Of a stretch of 64,000 nt of DNA, positions 35,662 through 46,185 are shown piece by piece. Origin of the DNA: Zygnema circumcarinatum SAG 698-1b (taxonomy: Eukaryota > Plantae > Zygnematophyceae); NCBI GenBank assembly GCA_037447605.1, contig CM074806.1, positions 2,914,001 through 2,978,000 of the forward strand, written 5' to 3'. Made by a program: the position numbers and the translations under genes. The notes beneath the pieces are model-generated. The model was not told the origin of the DNA and made no database searches. It saw only the letters and a program-made list of their open reading frames with translations. Position 1 is the first letter of the stretch. Each line of letters opens with the position of its first letter.

Positions 35662-38600
35662 TCAGTCTCTCGCACTTGAAAGTCTTGAGGTGTTGTCGTG
35701 CTCTCCATTAGCCTCGACCTTTATCTGTTGCACGGTCACGAGCTCATGCAAGCCCGCAAGCTCAAGCGTAAGCCCTTCGTCATCGCCCTCTGATGATTCT
35801 TTCCGTTTTCTGTCCTCCCTCCTTTTTTTCTTCTTGCCCACCTTCGGCCCTTCCTCCTCCCACGACAGTGATGCTTTCTCGATGGCTTGCTGCGATGGAA
35901 CTTCAGCGACTTCACCGCCCATCGCCTCCAGTATGACTCCAGAGCCCAAACAAGTATCGCCCTCATACAGGGCTGCATACTGCCCTGGAGCCAACCCTTG
36001 ATCATCCTCTTCCAGATTCACTATTGCAGTTTCTCCACTTGACCCCGTTCCGTCTTTTCCTTGCGGGCAAAACTCCAATGAACAATTGTAAAACCTTGGC
36101 CCATGGCGTACCTGCACAAATTTCCCCAAGCCCCTTCAGAATTCGCATGAGGAAGACCCTGACAACATCAAAGCTGGAGATTTCACGCATGTAAGTGCCA
36201 GTCGTCAAATCATATCCTGCAGAACAATCGTACGGAAGGAAACCAGTTGATGGATGAGTCCCACGAGTTTCTCAGGCATAACACATTTACTCACCACATA
36301 TACCACCATCAACAGCAACTTGACGAGCAAAATTGCTACAAACAGAGTAACTCTTACTTTACACCTCAAGCCGGTAGCAGATTCAGGAGCAACTCCAAGT
36401 ATCCAACTAAAGTTTCCTGCTCGAAACATGCGGCGGCTCTTTTCCGGTGAATAATAATTCCGTGACACGAACACGACATTATTCTCAACATCCTTTGCCA
36501 CTACATACCTGCAAAGGAAACCATTTCATCTGTCACTCGTCAATCGTCTTAAAGTCTGCGTGCATAGTCTGCACCAAATTCGAAAGTCTCATAGGCCTGA
36601 ATCGCATACAAAAATAAAATTCTGAACAAAGTTCTAATCTATCCATTAAAGCAGGCATCACTATTTCGTTCAATAATGATAGACTGTCTCACTATGACAC
36701 TGCATCTCTTCAATCCGCTAAATCGTCGAATCTACAGCCACTTCCATTTTCGTTGAAGATTCTGAGTCAAGGACTTCCGCAACAATGATAGAAAGCTTGA
36801 TTTCGGACTTCAAGACGACAAAGACTCAAGAATTACGTAGCATCTCCTTCTTGTACTGAAAGCTTCAAAAGGTCGGAAATAGAAACTAGCTTCAAGAAAG
36901 TCCACTAGTAGGCAGCTCTTACTGTACTGATCTGTTCAACAAAAGCACCTACCAAGGGCCGCCAGAAAGTCGTAAACCCTGACGCTGACCAATGGTATGG
37001 AACCAGAAGCCCTTGTGTACTCCTAAAATCTCTCCTGTTTCTGCTTCCATGATCCGTCCCCGTCGCTCGCCAAGATGTTGGGCCACAAACTCACTGAATT
37101 TCACCTGTACGAGGGACTTATGCTCAAACTGTAATTCTGAAAAAATCTCACAAATAATGATCTCGTTGACACTCTCAAAACTAAGGACTTGTGCGCGAGT
37201 GGATAAGACACAGCTTCTCTGCCGTGGAATTCTTTCCCTTTCAGCACTTGCATTTCTGTATGCTCGTCAAACAGAAAATTATAAGACGTGAATAGAGAAG
37301 GATGATTGATCAGACACAAAAGGAGAAAATCCAAGCCAAAAGATAGCATACCTTCCCAAGAAAACAGATTCCCTGTGAGTCACGCCGCCTTTCATTCGGT
37401 AGACGAAGTGCTTCAGCCAGCAGCCTCACTTCAGCCTGCACCGCATGAACAATTGGAAAAATCAATTGAAAGGCACGGTATGCTCCTCTGTATCAATACA
37501 CTCAACCACCGAAACCTCACCACAGAAGTGAGGTACGCTGCTAATGAACTAAACCACCAATGATGACCACCGTTCATCTCTTGAAGACGTGCAACCTTCA
37601 ATTCCCTAACATCCAATAAGTTAATAAGGTACAATCTCATGGATGCTCGTGCCAATATCGAAACGCAAGTTTTGCCAATGAGTGAGCATAAACAGCCCTT
37701 ATCTATCACAGAATATGCTGGAGACAAGCAAAACCATCCCGTAAAGGAAAAGCAACTCTAGAAATTTGATACAGAAAGATTGAAGCCATATTCCAAGTAA
37801 CCAGCATGTGACAGGCAAACCAACCTTAGAGATTGAACCCAGAGGAAACATGGCCCGTTTTAGCTGGTGCTGGCTCAGATGAGACAAAAAGTATGTTTGG
37901 TCCTTCACCTGCACTGTCAGTGGAGGAATGCCAGATGTCACTCGAAGGATGACAGCGTACACAGAGTAAGACCAGCAAGTCAGAGCTGAGTGGATCATGC
38001 ATTTTTCATTCAGAATCAAGCGCCCATTTAAAAACACTTCGCAAGCTCAGTCAGCCCAAAATAGGCTACACAGTATTGTCCGTACCTCATCAGCAGATAG
38101 CAAAAGCTCCACAAACTGCTCTTGGACACCACGTCTTAACACCGGCTTCCGTAGAACTTTTGCATAGTGACCCGATGCCACACGATCAAACTCTGAAAAA
38201 TCAACATGATCATAAAATGCACCTGAAACACGGCAACAGTGCGTATCAGCATTTACAAGTTGGAAAATGTTTCCTTAAACGTTCATACAGCATAACGTAA
38301 TGGATCCGTAGACAAATCAAAAGTGATTTATTTGAAATTTCTGAAGGGCTATAGACGAAATCTCCCATTTTTGTTACGCGTCAACATTGCTATATTGCAC
38401 GCCCAATCTTTCCACGTCTATCAAGCCTTACCACAAAGTAATCTAGATATACTTAAAAGCTGATAAATATCTTTCTAAGAACACGATGACTGAAGTTTAT
38501 GCATTACCAAATTTAACTCGAGAATTGCAGAGAATATCGGGGTTTGGAGTCCGTCCAGCTTCAATTTCCGACACAGAATGTGCCACAACGCGATTCCAAT

Positions 38601-39979
38601 ATTCATTCGTTAAATGGACAATCCGCAACTCGACACCTGCCTGCCCAGCTCGAACAACTTTCGTCATGAGCTTTCAAGACAAAAGGAGTGTGCAAGAAAT
38701 CACTTCTGATACCGCACAAGTCCAAATGCCTACTATAAGGTCCACTATAATTCATTTTCAGGCGTGAAGAGATATGGAAGTATAGGCTTGTACTTGAAAA
38801 GTCTTGGCGTGTACAAGGAGATTCAGGTGAAAGTACATGAGCAGCGACTACCGAGTAGCGACACATATCAGTTCACCGAACACATTAACAGGCTAATGTG
38901 AAGACCCTCCGTGTCACTGGCAGGAAAATACTTTCCACCGAGAAATCGAATTCGCTTTTGGATGTAAGACCCCTGCAACTGTGCCATTGTCATGAAAGGA
39001 AAACCAGAAACTGGAATGCAAATGCATCAATTGAAGTCATTTTCAACATAATCCACAACTTGAGCTTAAATTTGACAAGAAAACATCACCCCTAACTGTA
39101 AGCTTCAAGGTAAACCAAGAGTGACCCTGAGCTTGATCCGATCCTAGCCTAGCTCCGACCTTGCCCAAACCTTGCTCCAATCTTTTCAAACAAGCGCACC
39201 TGTCTGCACACAGCTTCTGCGTAGCTGAGGTCCTCCTCCCAGGGACATTCGGACCAGAAATTGCGGAAGTCCTCCTGGAACCAGATCTTTAAGTAAAAGG
39301 CCACACAATGATGGCCTGCTGTTTTGAGTAGATTAAGGGCGACGCTGCTGTCAACCCCTCCGCTAAGGAGCACAGCGACTCTCAATTTTCCATTTTCCAC
39401 TTCGCAGCACCCCAGAAATCTCTCTGCTGGTATGCCATCCAAATGAAAAGGAAAAGTGTTTTTTTCTGGATAGGGGAAAGGCAAGACCACGCCTTCGTTC
39501 TCGGCTCCTCTGCAAGACGGGTTCGACGGAAAGCTCAAAGTCTCAGCTGTGCTGAAAAGAGGTCGGGCGTGAGAGGCTCCGTGGGCTCCAATTCTGCCGA
39601 AAGAAACTCGTTGCTGCTTTCTAGCGCCAAAAGGACAGTTTTCATAAGCCACTCCAATGAAAGCAGGGTTGCTATCCGATAACGAGTTGCAGCGAAGAGA
39701 TTCCGGGAATTTCCTATTGAGTAAACCCCACTTGCAGCATTTTCCACGAATCCTGAATTCAACTCTTGATTTTCTCAAACGTGTGGTGAAAACGTCCGAG
39801 GGAGAGGAAAAGCTTGAAGTTGTAACTATCGCAGGCGGACATCTACGAAATTCAACGTCGGAATGATTGCGATGATGTGTCTCAGGCGAACAGATAGAAG
39901 TAAGCGGCTTCGACGGAAGTAGACACAGACACCTCGAGATGGAGCCATGGCGGAGAGATGCAAATGGATGCCGGTGCAT
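35662..39979 (-). CDS. mnmA: tRNA-specific 2-thiouridylase MnmA (organellar)
   Basis: Exons 39979..39200, 38640..38508, 38222..38086, 37908..37825, 37435..37352, 37104..36953, 36508..36358, 36111..35662. Motifs VAVLLSGGVDSS, TPNPDILCN, VASGHYA, KDQTYFL, DSQGICFLG, TIGQRQGL, APGQYAALY. Confidence 0.96.
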
Positions 39980-40913
39980 CTCTTGCTGCTCAAACACCCC
40001 CCAACTCTCTTCTATTCACCCTAACCCTAAACTGCCCTTCAACTTTACAGCAGGCGGATTACCAAGGGCGTCATCCAAGACGAGAAATTGGCAGGCCGAG
40101 ACTCTGGAGGGGGTCGGGGGGACGTTGTCGCCTTGGAGGGGCTTCACCGCTTCAGTGCAAGTGCTTCACAAAGTACCGTAGTGTACGGTATTCATATTTC
40201 GTACGCGTTGCGGCGTCGCAGCGCAGGGCGGTTCAAGGGAGGTAGCACGCAGGAGTGGCCTGACTATGGCGGCGCCATCAAATGGACAGAGACTCCAAAA
40301 TCGTGGAGGAGAGCCTAACAGAAACCTCTAAGAAGTGAGCCAATCCCGAACTCCAAATCCGTGAAGACCTGCCTGAAAAAAAAAAAAATGCCTGCTGATG
40401 CAATGAGGAAAAAGGAAGCAGACAACCAACCAATGAATGCTGCAAGAGGGCGAGGCACTGCTGTGCGAGGGAAAGGAAGCTCTCTACTGTACAGCAGAGC
40501 ATAGTTTCCTGGGTCGAATATCCCAGATTAATCTAATTCCTTATTCATTCCTTAGTCCATTTGATGGCCTCGCCATCGTGAGATCAATGCCACTTCCATA
40601 TACCCCCTTATGTGCGTAGTACCAGACATGCAGTGGGGCATTTGAACGCAACTGCAAAATGTAACTTGCACGGATGTATGAGATGAAAAACTGTGGCAGA
40701 AAACATCCCATTGTAAACTACAAACGCGCAAGTTACACATCATCATTTCTTACCTCTGACGCCTCATCAAGCTATCTATTTACAATTTTTTTCAATGTAC
40801 CAATCAGCGATCTCCGAAAAACACATAACCTAAAATATACAATCACTAACAACTATACCATCGAGAAAGGAGATAGAATCAACAAGATGTTGTCCGTTTG
40901 CTAGTCCCCTACC

Positions 40914-41768
40914 TCATGTATCACTCCCTTTTTCTTTCTCTTTCAGCCTGGCTAACTCAAGTTCAAGCTGCATTGCTTGAATTCTCAACTCAGCCTTCCT
41001 GTTCTCTGCTTCCAGCTTTTGAATAGCTAACTTTTCACCCTCCTGCATATTCTTCTTGTCAGATACTTCTTTTTCAAATGCAAACTTCTCACGCTCTAAC
41101 CGTATGCGTTCATCGTGGTAATCTTGCTTTTGGCGTTTTTCTTTCACTTGACCATCCAACAACTCTCCAACTCGCTGCATCAACACTGCCAACTCTGGTT
41201 GTTCTTTTCTCTTTCGCATGATGTTCTTGGTCTTATGCTCTGGAGAGCCGCGGACTACAAGAGGCATGGACATTTTTCCATATGAACTGTTCCCGACTAC
41301 CATGCCCCTCCCACGAGAATCTACCTCCTGCACGTCGTCATTGCTCTCCTCGTCATCAAATCCCTCTCCACCCCGTGCACCATTGGCAACATGTTTCCCA
41401 TCGTCAATTCCTTCCAAAGCGCTCACACCCAAAACGCATATAGCTGCATGTAGCGCATCATAATGTACCCAAACTGATTTCCCTTCCTTCCCATCTGCCC
41501 GCAGTTTTCGTTGCCTTCGATATTCACGCTTGAGGTTTCCCATTTTTTGTTGCACGGATCGCGAAGTACGAGCACCCCCGAATCTCCCATTCAACTCCAT
41601 GGCAATACTTGTCCAATCGGCATTGGAGAGGTTACTTTTTCGTTTGGCTCGCCGATCAGCCCATAACGCGATGCACAAATCTGCCTCACCCTTTGCCCAA
41701 TCGTTCCGTTTTCTCGGACAAAGGGAATCCAGCATACTCGTCATGGATACTGGAGCTTGATTCTCCAT
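40914..41768 (-). CDS. Intronless Myb/SANT-like (trihelix) DNA-binding protein with C-terminal coiled coil, 284 aa
   Basis: Three spaced tryptophans (W-AKGEADLCIALW...W-TSIAMELN), QQKMGNLKREYRR, W-VHYDALH, an acidic/Gly linker and an E/K/R coiled-coil tail. First ATG at 41768. Confidence 0.85.
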   Translation of the reverse strand: MENQAPVSMTSMLDSLCPRKRNDWAKGEADLCIALWADRRAKRKSNLSNADWTSIAMELNGRFGGARTSRSVQQKMGNLKREYRRQRKLRADGKEGKSVWVHYDALHAAICVLGVSALEGIDDGKHVANGARGGEGFDDEESNDDVQEVDSRGRGMVVGNSSYGKMSMPLVVRGSPEHKTKNIMRKRKEQPELAVLMQRVGELLDGQVKEKRQKQDYHDERIRLEREKFAFEKEVSDKKNMQEGEKLAIQKLEAENRKAELRIQAMQLELELARLKEKEKGSDT

Positions 41769-43406
41769 TGTGCCTGTACCAGTATTGAAGACAAGCAATA
41801 CTGATGTTGTCGGAATTACAGAAGGAGAGAAGGGAGGGAAGTCGACAGAAGGTTTGGGGCTCTGATTTAAGTAAAATCTGGATGATTAAAGTTAAATCTG
41901 GATAATTTCAGTTTGGGTTAAAAATTAAGGTTCTGGTTACGATTAGGGCTAATGCAACACAAATATAATTCGAGAAGGCATAACCGAGGGTTCTGCATAA
42001 GTTCAGGCTTAATATTCAGACATTATTGTCGCACAGTTTTACAGTTCCGAATGTGGTTCACCTCAGCAGAAAGGATGGGAGAAAGCCACTGGCCAAAAGA
42101 AACCTGCAGGAAGGTGCAGCTTTCACTACAGAACCGTGCTGAATCCTGCTTGGGCTTGCAAAAACAGAACGTTCAAATGCAAGGGAAGGGCAGAAATACT
42201 TCACATATCTAAGTTTTTAGGGCGGACCTGCAGTCATCTGACGAAGTTCTCCTCACAAAAAGGTTGGTTGGGATGGAGGTGGCGAGTTGCATATACAGGA
42301 CAACTGCACACACGTAAAATTGAAAGTTAACGGGAACGAAACCGCATTAACAGCGAACAGCTCCAAGATAATTTCTCTCCTTAATCCACTCAACTCCCTC
42401 TCCCTCCTTTCTCTCCCGACGTCTCTCCCCTCTACCACAGAACCTTAAGTATGCCTTCACGCATAAAAACGAACCAGAAATTCTGGCACGGTATCGGAGG
42501 ACTGACATGGTGAGCAGCGCCACCGTACTAAGGAGCTACTCAAGTCACATCTTCATTACCGCTGCACACAACATTCACAATGCAAAAGGAAACTGCAAAT
42601 GAAAACCAACAGCCATATTACAGCCGGAAACACATCAAATCGTTTATTATTTCTGCACCTCCACCTGCCTCCCTCGCCTTGCCTCTCCACTCTCTCAAAA
42701 CCACTATCCTCTATCCCGCGCTCCTTACATGTTCTGCTCTCCCTCCCCCCTCTCGCAAACATGATGCGAATTGCATTTTCCCGGCTGCCATACGGCCTCA
42801 GGAAGCGGGGCCCTCACAGAGACGCTACACAGGCATGAGGCGCCCCCCCCAGGTCGAGCCCACCTCCTGCCCCCTGCATCCGCCATCGCCCATCGCTCTC
42901 CGCCCTCGCCTGCCTGCCTGCCTGCTTGCCTGGAAGAGGAAGGAGCCTCCTCCCCCCGACTGGTGGGCACATGTACCGCAGTTCTGACGTGATCGCCGTG
43001 GAACAGCGGTCAGGACAGCATCCGTTCAAGTGGACGCAACGGAGCGGGACCTTGCGCTTCATGCAACTCCAGGGCCTCACCGCCCCCAGATTCGCTTCGC
43101 CGCCTAACGAACCGCGAAAAACCACGTGGCCGACGCCGCCGATGTACGGTCACGCAGGCGAGCCCCGTGGACGACCCCCAGGGTGCCGCCACTGCCTGCC
43201 ACGTGGACACAAGTCGTGGCAGCTGTGCGAGACCGTACAAGTTTGTCCTGCTGACCCGCCCCAGGGCGCGTTCCCGCCCGCCTCGTCCCCCCCCGCGCGG
43301 GAGAAAAGTGCCCAAATCGCAAAATTTTTAATTTCAGAGGCGGGCTCCCGCCCTTTCCGCCCCGTCTGAGGCCAAAATTGGGCGCGCAAACTTTTTTTGC
43401 GGCGCC

Positions 43407-43414
43407 TATAAATA
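43407..43414 (+). promoter_or_regulatory. TATA box of the 376-aa ORF
   Basis: TATAAATA about 95 nt upstream of ATG 43502, preceded by E2F-like TTGGGCGCGCAAA and G-boxes. Confidence 0.55.
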
Positions 43415-43501
43415 GGCGATCGCCCGCTCCCTCCGTTTTGCGCCCTGCTCACCTCCCTCCTTTCCACTGCGTATCCCCCTCCCCTGGCGGGCGGGCGCTC
43501 C

Positions 43502-44632
43502 ATGGCGGCCCTCGCACAGCTCACTCCTGCGAGCTTCTATGGCCGCAGGCTCCCCCGCCCGTGGCTTCGCGCAGACGGGTCCTGTGCGGCAGACATGGCT
43601 CCTGTGAACGATGCGCTGCTTGCTTGGGCGAGGGAGGCTCCCTGGAGCATGGGAGGACTGAGCCGCAAAAGGAAGCGGCTGGCGGGAAAGATTGAGGGCA
43701 AATTGGAGAAGCTTAAGAAGGAGGTGCTGCGTCAGTTTCCCAAGGGAGGAGGGAAGCGCGGGCCGGAAGCTGAGAATGTCGGGGAAGTCGCAGGCAAAGC
43801 AACTCAGCAGAGTGAAGTGGAGTCTGAATATGAGGAGGAGACAGGTAGTAGCGACGAAGAAAGTGACGATGAAGGAGGAGACGAAGAACGAGAGGAAGAC
43901 GATGACGGAGAGCCTTCGACTCCGGAGTCAGCAGGCGTGCTTTCCGGACCTACTTCCACAGATTCTCCATCTTCGAGCAGTGAGGTGTCTGAGCCCGTCA
44001 TTTCTCCCCCCTTGCGGAGGAAGAGAAGGCAACCAGATGATGACGACATTGAAAGAAGTGATTTCCAAATGGGACGCAAGTCGATTAGTCGAGAGGATCT
44101 CTTCTTGACGACTCCGTCGACAGGTCAAGCTGAAAGCTCCTCGAGCCGAGAGGTAACCCCGCGGTCTCTGGAGTCGGAGGTGCCGGTGGGCCGACCTGCT
44201 ACAGCGAGGTTCTCGAGCTTGCCAAAAGATTCGGCCATGGTGACACCCGAAGCCGTTGGACGAAAGTCAGGCTCAACTCCTCGGGGTGGGAAGCCCTTTG
44301 TAGAGTTACCGCAGAATACCTGCCGGGCGCCTCCACGGCAAAGGAAAAGCAGAGCAGCGGCTCGTTATTCCACTTCACAGGAAAGGAACGTAAGGGGGAG
44401 CAGTCGAAGCAACGCGGCGGAAGGCGGCAGAGGGATATCGGCACTCAGTCGAAAGCTGTACGAGTGGGGAGAATCGGAAAATGTGCAGGATGAGATGGAG
44501 GAAGAAAATTTCACCCAGAGGAGGACTAGGTCTGACAGGAGAGAAGAGGGTGAACGGAAGCATGTTGGGAAAGTGCTGTTCGCTTCAGGCTTTCCAAGAG
44601 GCGTCAAGAGGACAATGTCACTCAAGGAGTAG
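43502..44632 (+). CDS. Uncharacterised intronless protein, 376 aa, with a conserved-looking N-terminal motif and disordered acidic/Ser-Arg remainder
   Basis: Long ORF with a good start context (CTCCATGGCG) and an upstream TATA box. I recognise the N-terminal SFYGRRLPRP...DALLAWAREAPWSMGGLSRKRKRLAGKIEG as similar to an uncharacterised land-plant family (from memory, unverified). Confidence 0.8.
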   Translation: MAALAQLTPASFYGRRLPRPWLRADGSCAADMAPVNDALLAWAREAPWSMGGLSRKRKRLAGKIEGKLEKLKKEVLRQFPKGGGKRGPEAENVGEVAGKATQQSEVESEYEEETGSSDEESDDEGGDEEREEDDDGEPSTPESAGVLSGPTSTDSPSSSSEVSEPVISPPLRRKRRQPDDDDIERSDFQMGRKSISREDLFLTTPSTGQAESSSSREVTPRSLESEVPVGRPATARFSSLPKDSAMVTPEAVGRKSGSTPRGGKPFVELPQNTCRAPPRQRKSRAAARYSTSQERNVRGSSRSNAAEGGRGISALSRKLYEWGESENVQDEMEEENFTQRRTRSDRREEGERKHVGKVLFASGFPRGVKRTMSLKE

Positions 44633-45586
44633 CTGGAGGACAAGGGAGGAGGAAGGTTAAGGCCCGCTACTGAACGAGAAGAAAAGCCTGCGCCTCTTGG
44701 TTTAATTTTAATTTTAATGTGTTATTAAAGCAGGGGAAATCTTCTTGCAACTGCACTTCTTGACTGGAATCTGGAAAGACGATCGTCCTCCCACTCCCCC
44801 CATACCTCCTCTCACTTCCTTATTTCTTCCTTTTAGAGCTTTAGTTTTGTTTCAGCGGCCGAAGAATAATAAATTTGCTTAGTGCAAATACTCCTGAAGG
44901 AGTGGTCTTTCTAGTGGGGCTTACATCGCAGCTGCTTAAGAACGCAATCTGCAGGAAATTGATCATTGTGTATAAAATAATGTAGGGCCTTATTGATCTT
45001 TTTCCTCGAGCTCCTCTTTTGTTCCAAATAAGAGCATTTTCATTCTCACAGTAAGAAAGCGAAGTTTTGTGTTTTTTGGAGAAGTCCCATCTGTTTTTCT
45101 TTCAATTGGAAGTTCCTTCCGTGGGTGTGATGTCATAGCTCAGATCTTTTCGTTTCCTTACAATAGCCATAATCTGCTGGATTCTTACCTAGACATCAAC
45201 AAAAATCGCCTTAACTCCATTTCCTCAAAAGAGAAAATCTTTATCTAACTTCCTATCATCCATGCACATGGAAAGATGGGTTCGTATACCCCAAGTGCAA
45301 GTGCTCGTGCTCTGGTGGCTGCTTCGAACCATTCAGACGGGTCCGCCTAGAGAGAAGGAAAATGGCTTTGAACTCGCGATGGCGCTGATGCAATCAAATG
45401 GACATGGACAAACGGGGAACATGGGGAACCTCGAGGACTGGTTGCAAAGGGACCTCAGCACCCGAGCCTAGAGTTCCAAGTTCCTTCTTGCGCCTGTCGG
45501 GCCTTCCACCTGCGAACTCGCCCAGGAAGCCACCCAATCACGTTTCGCCACGTATACCATATTTAGGTGTACGGGTCCCCTTTTGC

Positions 45587-45623
45587 CACGTGGCGACACG
45601 TGGTTGCGCAAGGCGTCCACGTG
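45587..45623. promoter_or_regulatory. Triple G-box/ABRE cluster upstream of PFK
   Basis: CACGTG at 45587, 45597 and 45618 within 37 bp, two in an ACGTGGC context. Confidence 0.5.
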
Positions 45624-46185
45624 GCAGGCCCAGGGCTTGTACCAGGCAAGTTGGCAACCTGCTCGTGTTGAGCTTTGCAGCAGCGATTCCTGCCTCCTGC
45701 GGGAATCTGCAGTTCCCTGCAACCGCGCAGTCACGACTGGCGGACAGAATCGCATAGCATTCCCTGCATTTTTTAGAAATCGGTGCATTCGCGTCTTGAG
45801 CGCTAATATCGCAAGTGACTGAACATTTCCTTCTCCCAATTTACTGTTGCGCAGCCTTAAGCATTCAGGGCTTGGAGGATCTGGTTTGGTAATGTGCTTG
45901 CCATTGTAATCATCCCACTGTGGAGACCTAAAAATGTCCGCCGTCGACCCGTAAGGATTGTGTGCCTCTCGCACCTTGTAAATATTCGGCCACTAGGGGA
46001 TGTTGCGGGTGTTCTGCTTTACAATCATGCTTCTTTCACTTTCGCTGGAAGTGCTAGCTCGGTAGTTATCTTTCATCAAAGGTTCGTTCAACCGTAATTA
46101 ACTCATGCCTTAGCTCTACGGGTTTTCACGATTGAGCATTCTGCCGTTCTAAAGCTGAAGAGCCTTCCTTTCTTCAGTATTACTG

